Source: an uncultured Methanosarcinaceae archaeon
GTDB lineage: Archaea > Halobacteriota > Methanosarcinia > Methanosarcinales > Methanosarcinaceae
Direction of reading: 5' to 3'
DNA length: 64,000 nt
Assembly: GCA_963733675.1 (NCBI GenBank)
Contig: CAVTET010000012.1
Span: 96,001-160,000 of the forward strand
Shown piece after piece: positions 46,466 through 57,198 of this stretch. A model generated the notes under the pieces. It searched no databases. It was not told where the DNA came from and worked only from the letters and a program-made list of their open reading frames with translations. Position 1 is the stretch's first letter; every line of letters starts with the position of its first letter. The translations under genes and the position numbers were made by a program.

Positions 46466-47928
46466 ATGGGAAACAAAAACCAAAATTCAGTGATAGTTCA
46501 TTCAATGAACCATAATATTCCTGGTATTTTAACCCTGGAGAGCAGAAAAAACTCTTTCCGCAGTCAAGATAGAATATGAGGTTGATGGAGAGATGAATGA
46601 TGGTAAGAGCAATGTAACCTGATCTGCCAACCTTAATAGGTGATGCCCATGCTGAAGGGTTTCATAGGGGAGATAAAAAGCCAGGCCTGTGAAACATTGT
46701 AATTGGCCCAAATAAAGCATTTGATACAGAAAAATACTGTGTCATTTGTTCAAACATACTGAGAGGTTTTAAGGGATCCACATGTCCCTTTTTCATAGAT
46801 CCTGAAACCGGAAAGCCCTATGCACCTCATTTTCTATAATTACTATCGCAGATGTTGTGAACCCCCAGAAAAAATTGATCCAATATCTAGTAATAAGACA
46901 ACTTTATGCAGTTGTAGGTGGCTCAATTGGTGGAATGCAAGTTCTTCAATGGACAATAAGCTATCCATATATGGTAAAAAAGGCTATCGCAATAGCTACA
47001 ACTGCATCTTCAACCCCGCAACAAATTGCATTTGGAGCATAGGTAGGAAAGCCATAACTTATGACCCTAAATGGGATGGAGGAAATTACTGTGGGAAAGA
47101 AATACCTGCACAAGGACTCGCACTTGCACGCATGGTAGGCCATATAACATACCTAAGTGATGCTTCGATGCAAAAGAAGTTTGGAAGAGTTCAGCAGGAT
47201 GAAGAAGGTATAGATCGCTCACCAAATTTTCAGATCGACAGCCACCTAAATCATCAGGAAGATACCTTTACAAAGCGTTTGACGCTAATTCATACTATAT
47301 GTTACAAAATACGTGGATTTCTTCGACCTTTCAAGGAATTGGCCCCTCATAGATGGCTTTGTTGGAGTTACAGCAAAATATCTCGTATTCTCCATAACTT
47401 TAGACTGGCTGTATCCTACGTATCAATCCCAAGAAATCGTATCTGCTCTTACAGCAAATGTAATTGATGTAAAATACGAAGAAATCAGGTCTCAATATGT
47501 ATATGATGCCTTTTTGCTTGAAGAAGGACAGATGAATTACCTAATAAGGGGTTTTCTATCCCAGATCCTTGTAAAGGACATTATAAATCAGAATTTTTAT
47601 TCAGTTTTCAGAGATGAAACAATAGAAAACGTATCAATACTCATGGTAAAAAGAAGGTTAAACATCTACTTTTCGTATCTGAAGGAAAGCTTGAAGGATT
47701 GTCACCTTCTGGGATATTACAAAAGCATTTGCCTGTAAAATAACTGAATTAAATGAGATAATTACACGTGATGTCTGGTATGATCATGGAGGCGATAAAG
47801 TTGAGATTGCATCGTCAAGAATGGAAAACTATTCAATTTTTGCACTTCCAGTCATCGACTTAAAAAACCACATAACAGGTATGGTTACAGGTGATAATAT
47901 AAGTGCTCTTATTGAAAAGTTCCATTAA
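46466..47928 (+). pseudogene. metX: Homoserine O-acetyltransferase with C-terminal CBS pair, multiply disrupted
   Basis: [56 protein letters not shown]-like LPVID; many frameshifts. Confidence 0.88.
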
Positions 47929-48383
47929 TTCTGAAGGAGGCTCAAAATTCTATTTTTTTGTCAAACTCGATTATTAGAGTACTATACCAAAAAGATTAGA
48001 TATATAGTATAAAGAAGAATGATAGAATAAGATTATATTCTAAAAATATTAAATATGTTGAGAACATATTATAACCTACGTTCTCATCTGTTACTACATA
48101 GTCAAGACCTATTCCACAAAAACTCCATTCAGTAAATACTCCTTAAAAATATAGTCTATATAGTGAAGGGATAAAATCAAAAGATGTAACTTGTGGGTCC
48201 AATATTAAATCTCTTCTATATGGGATCGTGCCTTTCGGAACTTCAATAATTTATCAGGTGAGAACGCAATTTATCCCTAAAATATAACCTAATATTATTC
48301 TTTTTTTGATTGATTAAAGCCACAATAAACCTTTTATAGGATCATTTACTATAGCTTCCACCTTTTACATAATTAAATTAATC

Positions 48384-48500
48384 TATGACTACGTGATTGA
48401 ACTGAAAAATCAATAGCTTTAAACCTTTAACTATTTTAAATGCGAATTTAAAGCACATTGTTTATTGTGCTTGATCTTGTACCTCAAATGTGTAAGCCAT
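48384..48500. mobile_element. MITE family B copy (degenerate)
   Basis: TATGACTACGTGATTGAACTGAAAAATCAATAGC...AATGTGTAAGCC aligns to 3107-3224. Confidence 0.5.
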
Positions 48501-48573
48501 TGAATACTGCCAGTGGATTGTAGAAAATCCTCTTACATAAACGCACCCCTAATTTCCCTGCAAAAAGATATCG

Positions 48574-48901
48574 TCAAACCCTACAATCACATCCTTTTGC
48601 TTTCAGGATCTGTACCTGTTCCTCATAAGAATTCACAAATTTATCCTGAAAGGCTTTTCCTGTAGCTAGAAGGTTCTAGAAGAGTATGATGTTTATAACC
48701 ACGCTCCACCATCTCATGGGCAAGGGATTTATGCCGCATGTAAAGAGCCTTGAGCCTCCCTCTCCATCGCAATGTTTCTGGATGATGGGAATATGCCTTC
48801 TTTTTTTTAGTTATTATGGACCATATAGCATGCAACTCTCTATGTTTTCCCAGAAGGTGCTGCCTACATAGCTTCTCAGGTGGTATATCCCAAGTTCTCA
48901 T
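48574..48901 (-). pseudogene. Pyrimidine-dimer DNA glycosylase (T4 endonuclease V-like), frameshifted
   Basis: LCRQHLLGKHRELHAIW, HPETLRW; C-terminus ..QDKFVNSYEEQVQILKAKGCDCRV lies in another frame. Confidence 0.75.
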
Positions 48902-49886
48902 AGTACTAATCTAAATACATTTCAGAAAGATCTTTCGGAAAAAAGGTTTAATCATTTTCAAAACTTAGTTTAATATTTTGTATCTGATTCTTCATTCTGA
49001 CATTTGTTTATAGATTACCAGAAAAACTTTATCCATGCAAAAGTGGGTATTCCGATGCTTGCATTATCTTGATTTTACTAATTGCTACATTTACTTTCAA
49101 GAGATGAATACAAAAATGCCTTATTTTTTCAATATAACAATAGCTTCAAAGTTTATCTACTATTCAAAACCATAGATTTCGATTATAAAGACCAAAAAAT
49201 GCAGAGGAGATTATGTTAAAAATTTAGCAAAGCGATATCAAAAGATTTAGTTCCAAATGAGCAATATGTCTCAGGTTCCCGTGATGAAGCTTCAACACAA
49301 ATTAAAGTAGATATTCAAAGTTTATGAACATTATATAAATTTTTTATAGCTAAAAATACTGATTATACAGGCCAAATGCTTTTGTATTTACTCCATTAAT
49401 GGAATCAATGCATTGATTTTATGAAACATTCCAAATCAGAGATTGCATGTGAATTTTTGGAAAAAATAGTGGAAATGAATCATGGAAGAATAAATCTTGT
49501 TCTAATATATAGAGGTCGCAACATGCTGAAAGTTCCGCAAATTCTGACTGATTTCATACTTCTTTGTCTCCACCACAAAAAACAGAAAACTTTATTAGCA
49601 CAACCTTTGATTTCGTGCTCCGTTAATTATTGGCATAATATTACATTAAATTTCTTTTAATTGCTTTAAGAATTTTTTGCAAAATAAACTATATTATCAA
49701 ATATTATTGGAAAAAAAGAATTATGTGGGAAATGACAAGACATTAACTAATTTAATTATTTTATTCACTAGTACTCTAAACTCACAAATCTAAAAGTGTA
49801 GAAAGGCGCATATCTAAATTAGTTTAACCAAGCAAGTTTATTTCCAATCCAATTTGCTTGTATGTTTGTAGTCTAATACTAATTGT

Positions 49887-50740
49887 GGTTCCGTTGCAAA
49901 AAATCCTTTCTAATGATACAATAGAATAAAAAGAAAACCAAAGATAGTAACATGCTATCTAATTCCTTTAAATGGAAGCATTATGAAGGGGAAATTATCT
50001 TATTAAATGTAAGATGGTACTTAAAATATGCATTAAGTTATAGAAATTTAAAGGAAATGATGGCAGAAAGGGGAGTAAAAGTCGACCATACAACAATCAT
50101 GAGATGGGTGCATCAATATTCCCCTGAAATCGAAAAGAAGATAAGAAGACATTTAAGACCAACAAATGATTCGTGGAGAGTTGATGAAACCTATATCAAA
50201 GTAAAAGGTAAATGGAAATATTTTTACCGAGCAGTTGACTCAAATGGAGATACAATTGATTTCATGTTAAGTTCAAAACGAGATAGAAAAGCAGCGAATA
50301 GATTCTTTAAAAAGGCTTTAAGTTCTAATCATAATCAAATTCCAAGAGTAATAACAGTTGATAAAAATCCAGCTTATCCACCTGCTATAGATAAACTGAA
50401 AAATGAGAAGAACTTGTTTAAAAATGTTGAAATTAGACAAGTGAGGTATTTGAATAACATTATAGAACAAGATCATAGATCTATAAAGCGAATCGTTAAT
50501 CCAATGTTAGGATTTCAGTCTTTTCGATCTGCTAATGAGACTTTAAAAGGAATTGAAGCTATGAATATGATCAAAAAAAACAAGTCAATAATCTAAATTA
50601 CTCTGTTCTTGGTGAAGTCAAATACATTAATCAATTGTTTGGTATAGTTTTATAATGTTAGTACATTTTTCTTGGATATTTTGATTTTTATTAATCACTT
50701 ATAGATTTACATATTTTGTTGAATTTTTTGCAATGGAACC
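49887..50740 (+). mobile_element. IS6-family element copy 6; transposase with C-terminal frameshift
   Basis: Both TIRs; A-run at ~50573 shifts the last ~20 codons. Confidence 0.95.
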
Positions 50741-50804
50741 ATAATTACAATGAATCAGAAAAAGAATCAAAAGGTGTGCGAATCCTTTTAAAACATCTCT
50801 TTTG

Positions 50805-51130
50805 CCCATTAATGAAGGTGGAACTTCCAAATAGTGTTTATAGCAATTAAACCGTACACTGGTGCAATTAAACATCTATAACGCGAATTTTCATAAGGTA
50901 TTTGAATGTGCCTGATGACTGGGTCACAAAAAAATTATGCGACAAGAAAAGTTCCAAGAGATTTATTGCTCCATTTAGATCCATATAACTCACGCTTCAA
51001 TAACCACATTTCATAGTTCTGTTCAAAAGAAGAATTTAGTTTCGAGTTTCACATCCATAGCACTTTATATATTTGTGGTTTTTACCTGTTGTTTTTAATT
51101 TCTTACCCATGGTTTCTTTCGTTGATGACA
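50805..51130 (-). mobile_element. Possible IS200/IS605 TnpB 3' relic
   Basis: Degenerate Zn-ribbon KCYGC..KCG and DLNGAINL, followed by a GAAGTTCCACCTTCA right-end-like motif. Confidence 0.4.
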
Positions 51131-51697
51131 TCTATTAATAATTCTGTCAGATATTTTACAAAAGTATAATTCCCTATAAATTTGCTTGGTCTTGTTCTAA
51201 TGATCCCTATTAAACTTTTAGAGTTGGACAGATCTAGACTTATTGAGTTATTTTAAAACTTTTTTTATAAGAACTTAAAATTGTAGTTAAGTTATTCAAA
51301 TTTTGAGAATGTGGAAAAAATAGACATAGGTTCGAAGCGAAGTTATTTCAGGATTAAACAACCTCTTATTTCAATGAATTGTATATGTTCCTTATAACAA
51401 ACCAAATCAAAACGAAGGTTTTCAAAAAATGATCAAAACCTAATGGATCAGCATAGGTGATACTTAGTAATGTACTTAGATGTGGAATTTGTTTGCCTTC
51501 TTGCTACTACTATTCATTGAAAGTTGGATTAATTGTTACGCTACTGTCATATTTCGAAAATATATTGCATTCTTGCGCAAATATGCAAAAAGTGATATTG
51601 TTTGAGAATTCAAATTAAATTTTGCATTGTCTTCCATAGGTAGAATTTTCCTTATTGGATTAAAGAAATTAAGGAAAACAGAGTTGGAGGTGTTCAG

Positions 51698-53677
51698 ATT
51701 AGACCGCTGATTTTCGGAAATGGAAGAATCCTTATCTGTGAAGATGAAATAGGTACTATAAGGGATATCTATTTCCCATACGTGGGGCTTGAAAATCACG
51801 GAAACTCGATAAAGATCGGGATATGCGACCTTGACTCCCGTTATTGCAGCTGGCTTGAAAACTGGAGGATTCAACAGCGGTACAAATCAGTGTTCGCTGA
51901 ACAATTCTGTAACCACAATCTTGAAATTTCAGAAGATGGAGGGGACAAAGAGGAGGTAAGAGAAGAAAATGGTAAAAATAAGTTACCTGAAACTGGGATG
52001 AAAGTTGTTTCAAATATAGGGGAAACATTATTTGAAAACCCTGATCTAGGACTAAGGATTACAATATGGGAAGCTGTCCACCCATCGGTAAACATCTTTT
52101 ACAGAACCTTTGATGTCAGAAATATTTCCAAAACTTCCAGGTGTCTGCGTCTGTTTTCCAACCAGAACTATCGTATTCTTGAGACCAAAATCGGAGAAAC
52201 AGCTATTATTGATAAACAGAATCTTATTCATTACAAGCGCGATCGTTATTTTCTGCATTCTAGCGCCCCTGTCTTTGATCAGTATGCTGCTGGGACTGCA
52301 GAATGGAGGGAGTTTGAAGGAACATGGAAAGATATGGAAAACGATGCTTCTTTGAGCGGAAATTCTGTTGCTCACGGCTCGGTAGATTCTACCCTTGGCT
52401 GGACCCTTCCCGAGCTTAAATCCGGAGAATCTACAAGGGTACACTACTGGATTGTTCTAGGGAAAAAGTATTGCAATGTGCTCAAAGTCAATAAAAAGAT
52501 AAAGGAAGCTGGAAGAAGCACTCTTTTTCACCATAATTTAAATTTCTGGAATTCATTTACTGAAAGGATATCCGTTCTTCGAGAATATCCCAACATGCTT
52601 CAGCTTCCTGAAAAAGTCTCAAAGTGCTTTTACAGGAGTCTCCTTGTAGTTGTCGCCCACATGGATATTACAGGTTCGGTGATTGCATCCTGTGATTCGG
52701 ATATCAAGCAATTTGGAGCAGACCTTTATAGCTACTGTTGGCCCAGAGATGCTGCTTGGATATGCCTTGCGCTGGATAGGGCGCGATACCACCACTTGAG
52801 TACTGAGATATTTGAGTTTTTCTCAAAAATCATCACACCCAAAGGTAACTTCCTTCACAAATATACTCCTGCAGGAGATTTCGGTAGCACATGGCATCCT
52901 GTTCCAATGATTCAAATTGATGAGACAGGACTTCCCCTATATGCTCTATATAATAACTGGAAAATCGCAAAGAGCGTATGGACCACAGGCAGATACTACA
53001 GAGAGCTTGTGATTCCAGCAGCTAACTATCTTACGAAAGCCATTGACAGGAAAATAGGCCTCCCAATTTCAAGTTTCGACCTATGGGAAGAGCGAAAAGG
53101 AGTACATACCTACAGTGCCTGCGCTGTCTATGCCGGCCTTAACGGTGCCTCTGAACTTTCCCGCTCCCTTGGCGATAACGACATAGCAAAAGGATGGAAA
53201 GAAGCTGCAGATAGCATTAAAAAATCTATTATTGCGAAACTCTATGATAATAAACTCAGGCGCTTCAGGCGTTCTCTAGACGATCCTACACTTGATTCGT
53301 CGGCGTTTGCAGTCTGGTACTTCGGAATTCTCCCTCCCGATGATCCAAAAGTTATCCGGACAATGGAAGCTATTGAACGAGAACTTAAGCGTCCCTCCGG
53401 CGGAATTGCCCGGTATCTTCATGACAACTATTATGGCTACATGAATAGCTGGATCATTTGCACTCTCTGGCTATCTCAGTGGCATTCCGCAATCGGAAAC
53501 TTAGAAAGGGCTCTTGAACTTCTGGACTGGTGTGCAACCCACACTTATCCCACGGGCCTTATGTCCGAGCAAGTGGATGACAGAGGAAAACCTATTTCGG
53601 TTCTTCCTTTGGCTTGGTCTCATTCAGCCTATGTGTTGTCTGTACTTGAATATCTCCAGTCCCTTGGAAAAACATGA
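51698..53677 (+). CDS. GH15 glucoamylase/trehalase-like glycoside hydrolase
   Basis: Open frame from ATT 51698 (RPLIFGNGR..) after a GGAGGTG RBS; YCWPRD, DLWEE, MSEQ..PLAWSH. Confidence 0.88.
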   Translation: MRPLIFGNGRILICEDEIGTIRDIYFPYVGLENHGNSIKIGICDLDSRYCSWLENWRIQQRYKSVFAEQFCNHNLEISEDGGDKEEVREENGKNKLPETGMKVVSNIGETLFENPDLGLRITIWEAVHPSVNIFYRTFDVRNISKTSRCLRLFSNQNYRILETKIGETAIIDKQNLIHYKRDRYFLHSSAPVFDQYAAGTAEWREFEGTWKDMENDASLSGNSVAHGSVDSTLGWTLPELKSGESTRVHYWIVLGKKYCNVLKVNKKIKEAGRSTLFHHNLNFWNSFTERISVLREYPNMLQLPEKVSKCFYRSLLVVVAHMDITGSVIASCDSDIKQFGADLYSYCWPRDAAWICLALDRARYHHLSTEIFEFFSKIITPKGNFLHKYTPAGDFGSTWHPVPMIQIDETGLPLYALYNNWKIAKSVWTTGRYYRELVIPAANYLTKAIDRKIGLPISSFDLWEERKGVHTYSACAVYAGLNGASELSRSLGDNDIAKGWKEAADSIKKSIIAKLYDNKLRRFRRSLDDPTLDSSAFAVWYFGILPPDDPKVIRTMEAIERELKRPSGGIARYLHDNYYGYMNSWIICTLWLSQWHSAIGNLERALELLDWCATHTYPTGLMSEQVDDRGKPISVLPLAWSHSAYVLSVLEYLQSLGKT

Positions 53678-53748
53678 GGCTTTTTCAGTAGCTATCCAAT
53701 AAAACAGGACAATTCAAGAATAATAAGAAAATTATAATTGGAAACTAT

Positions 53749-53837
53749 AGGAAATTTCGATAAACCTAAGATTTCAACAAATTGCTATATGAGTTCTATA
53801 AATAATCAGCCAAAAATTAGGTTTATCGAAATTCAAT
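53749..53837. mobile_element. MITE family A copy
   Basis: AGGAAATTTCGATAAACCTAA...TTAGGTTTATCGAAATT; interior resembles 6388-6477. Confidence 0.65.
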
Positions 53838-54100
53838 ACAGTCAGTAGCAAAATCTCTTAGCTAATTCAAAATTAAATTTAAACCACCGGAAATACTAAA
53901 ATACCGAAAGTAGTTTCCGCATTCTCAAATTAGTCAGTTTCAGTAAGCAAATCTAATGAAGCAGATAGTACATTTTGGAGCTGCGATTCTAATGGTGCAC
54001 TCAAACATTAGAGAAAATTTTAATTAACCTCTGACTTTCATGATTCATTTGCAAGCCACTCATAAGAATATGACAAAATTTTGTGATTTATCAAAATGAA

Positions 54101-54538
54101 TTAAAATTTTTTCTCAAAGTACATTTGCCCTTTTTTTTCTTTCTGGAAAGTAAAGCCATTCTTGAGGTACATGTCTATAGCGTTCTTGAGAATGTGATCG
54201 GTTTTAAGCATAACACCTGAGCAGTTTTCTTCGGCAAAATGCAGAGCAGTTAGAAAAAGCTTTCTTCCATTTCCTTTTCCTCTGAAATCTTTTTTAAGGT
54301 AGATGCGCCTGATTTCACATAGATTATCCTTGCATTTTCGGACACCTGCAGTACCTACAACCTTGCCCTCGGCAACCCCTATAAAAAAAGTACCTCCACT
54401 TGTAAAGTAATAATTGTTAATATCCTCAAGGTCGGCATCCTTAAACCTGTCATATTCAAAACCATGTTCCAGCAGGATATCAAGAACAACATCACAGACT
54501 TCTTCCTTTCTGGAATCTTCATATCTTTGTATTATCAT
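54101..54538 (-). CDS. GNAT N-acetyltransferase
   Basis: EIRRIYLKKDFRGKGNG acetyl-CoA motif; AIDMYLKNGF. Confidence 0.88.
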   Translation of the reverse strand: MIIQRYEDSRKEEVCDVVLDILLEHGFEYDRFKDADLEDINNYYFTSGGTFFIGVAEGKVVGTAGVRKCKDNLCEIRRIYLKKDFRGKGNGRKLFLTALHFAEENCSGVMLKTDHILKNAIDMYLKNGFTFQKEKKGQMYFEKKF

Positions 54539-54750
54539 TTTCGATCTTATCCATGAGTTGTGGGAATCGTATACAAAAAACGATCTCTAAATTTCCTAAA
54601 AAATATGACATACTAGTTTTTAAGATCTGATAGATGAATTTGAAGCACTAAACAATTTATTTATTTCCCAAAAAAGGACCCGAGATACCTATGCTCCCCA
54701 ACCTATAGGTCATCAGGTTTGTACCAAAGTATTTCAGGATTGAAATATTT

Positions 54751-55986
54751 CTAGTGGAAATATCCTTTCGAATTGATGTATTTCTCGGGATTTTTCAAAA
54801 AGTCCAGGGAAACAGTATAAAAAATATTTGTACCAATAATTAGGATCTCTTCATCTATATCAAATGTGCATGAGTGATTGATTTCAACATTTTTTTTTTG
54901 TGGATTCCGTGTGCCTAGAGAAATAAATACCCCAGGCACTATTTGGAGATAACTTGCAAAATCTTCGGATTTGAACGTTTTTTTTATCTCTGAATATATT
55001 TTGAGTTCTGGGAAGCTCTCCTGAATTTTTGAATGAACTGCACCTGTGAAAACAGGGTCATTTACAAGGACAGGATAACCATGGAGGATTTCAAGATCAT
55101 AATCTGGAAAACCTATAAATCCTTCTCCAGGTTTTCTATACTCTTCCATTAAGCTATTCAAGCAATCTTTTATAGTTTTGTCAATAGTATCTGTGGTCTC
55201 CCTGTTAAAAGTCCTGTAGCTTCCAAGGATTCCTACAATATCAGGAGTTCTGTTGAATTGAGCTCCACCCTGAATCCTCCCTATTCCCATGACATATTTG
55301 TCAGGTTCAAGCTGATTTTCCAGGGCATCGTAGAGGATATTTATGAAGTCTGTTGAAATCCTGATAGGATCAATGCAACTTTCAGGTTCTGATATGTGAC
55401 CTCCTTTTCCTTTAATCGTGATCTCGAATCGGTTGGTACTTGCCATGAAGGGCCCAGAATGAAGACCAATGCTACCTGATTCGTGGTTGATAAAGATATG
55501 CATACCCATTATTGCATCCACCCCATGAAGACCTCCTTCTGCAATCACTCTTTTCGAACCACCTTGAGGGATTTCTTCGGCAGGTTGAAAGATCAGGCGG
55601 ACTTCTCCAGGAAAGTTTCTAGTTTCTTGAAAAAGCCTTGCAGCCCCAAAGAGCATTGCCATGTGTCCATCGTGCCCGCAGGCATGCATTACTCCATTGT
55701 TTTTTGAAATATATTCTCCGTTCCTTTCGGTCAATTTTTCCTGTACTTCCAATCCGTCAGTATCCGATCGAAGGGCGATGCAGGGACCAGGTACATTACC
55801 ACTAATACTTGCAACCACGCCGGTACCCGCAATTTTCTTTGCTTTTATTCCCAGTTCTCCAAGGTTTTTTAGGATTTGTTTCTGGGTTTCATATTCTTCA
55901 AAACTAAGTTCCGGGTATCGGTGAAATTCGCGCCTAAGTCGAATTATCCAGGCTTCAAGCGCTTCTGCACTCGTATAATTTCTCAA
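54751..55986 (-). CDS. M20D-family amidohydrolase
   Basis: HRYPELSFEE, MHACGHDGH, FQPAEE, GKGGH, SEDFA, NHS motifs; TTG start with GAGGT RBS. Confidence 0.9.
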   Translation of the reverse strand: MRNYTSAEALEAWIIRLRREFHRYPELSFEEYETQKQILKNLGELGIKAKKIAGTGVVASISGNVPGPCIALRSDTDGLEVQEKLTERNGEYISKNNGVMHACGHDGHMAMLFGAARLFQETRNFPGEVRLIFQPAEEIPQGGSKRVIAEGGLHGVDAIMGMHIFINHESGSIGLHSGPFMASTNRFEITIKGKGGHISEPESCIDPIRISTDFINILYDALENQLEPDKYVMGIGRIQGGAQFNRTPDIVGILGSYRTFNRETTDTIDKTIKDCLNSLMEEYRKPGEGFIGFPDYDLEILHGYPVLVNDPVFTGAVHSKIQESFPELKIYSEIKKTFKSEDFASYLQIVPGVFISLGTRNPQKKNVEINHSCTFDIDEEILIIGTNIFYTVSLDFLKNPEKYINSKGYFH

Positions 55987-56056
55987 AAGTATTACCTCGG
56001 ACTTCCTACACCTAAAATTTTTTCAGTTTACTAGTATGTGATATTCCGTATTCTTT

Positions 56057-56146
56057 AGTGGATTTCGAGAAATCTCTGACCTTCAAGAATCATTAATATG
56101 CAATTAATACGTGATGACAAAATATTTGGATTTATCGAAACCCTCT
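56057..56146. mobile_element. MITE family A copy
   Basis: AGTGGATTTCGAGAAAT...ATTTATCGAAACCCTCT, 90 bp. Confidence 0.6.
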
Positions 56147-56613
56147 TTATTTTTTTGGTAGTTACTATCATTGGTTGATTTTAAAACACAAACTTTCTTT
56201 ACACTGGAAACTTAATAGGATTCTCGATAAACATCGAATCTTCATGAACTCTTTGTATAACATAACTACTATAATTACCTATACTGCTTACAGTTATCAT
56301 TTGCTACAACTTGAAAATTAGTAAATATTTCTTTCGTAAATAATAAAATAATATTTCTCTATGAGCCTGCAAGATGTCACAGCAATTTTAGGAAGGAGCA
56401 GATATTATATTTCATATATGATTAAATCCATTAAATTTGAAAAGGATACAAAAAACTGATGTTACCAAATTAGATTGGAGAAACAAAGATAGTGGTACCA
56501 CGAAAACCGTGGCTCGCTTCACTGGTAATATTTATAATTTGGGTTAATTGTAGTGACTGCTACAGGTTAAGTGGCAGCACACGAAACTTGTTGACTTAGT
56601 TAAAAACCAAATC

Positions 56614-57198
56614 ATGTTTGAGGTAATGGTTGCGATGGTCTTTTTGACCGGAGTTATTACCTATTTGAAATGGTGGCCACGAGTCGGGTGGAAAGGCCCG
56701 AATAACTTATTGGATTTGCTTTTATTGTGTCCACCAACCATGTTTTTGCTATCCATGTCACTGCTTGTTTTATTTACAGGTCTGCCATCAATCAGTGTTC
56801 TTATGATTGTAATTATCAATACCTTGATGGTAGGAATCAGTGAAGAGTTGATGTTTCGGGGCATATTGTTCTATGGGATTTCATCCTCATTCGGAATCTG
56901 GCGTGCAGTGTGGAGCACAGCGATTATTTTCGGTGCGGTCCATACATTCAACAGCTTTATCACTGGAGACTTTAATGCGAGCATACTTCAGGCTCTTTTT
57001 GCATTTATGTTTGATATTTACATAGTAGCTTTGCGAGTCCGCCTCGACACAATTATTCCGGGAATCATCTTTCATTGGCTATGGGATTGTTTGGCATTTC
57101 TGCTAATTCTGACAAATTCCCTTTGGAAGCTGGCATTGCTTTCATTCTCCATGATACTTGTCATTCATGGACTCTGGTTATTACGAAAATATAGTTGA
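56614..57198 (+). CDS. CPBP (CAAX/Abi) intramembrane metalloprotease, N-terminus possibly disrupted
   Basis: EELMFRG, FGAVH, HWLWD motifs. Confidence 0.78.
   Translation: MFEVMVAMVFLTGVITYLKWWPRVGWKGPNNLLDLLLLCPPTMFLLSMSLLVLFTGLPSISVLMIVIINTLMVGISEELMFRGILFYGISSSFGIWRAVWSTAIIFGAVHTFNSFITGDFNASILQALFAFMFDIYIVALRVRLDTIIPGIIFHWLWDCLAFLLILTNSLWKLALLSFSMILVIHGLWLLRKYS

Noticed and set aside
54101-55986. GNAT and M20 amidohydrolase as tailoring or resistance genes of the NRPS
   Set aside because: About 9 kb away, beyond an IS and unrelated genes; no sequence evidence of linkage.
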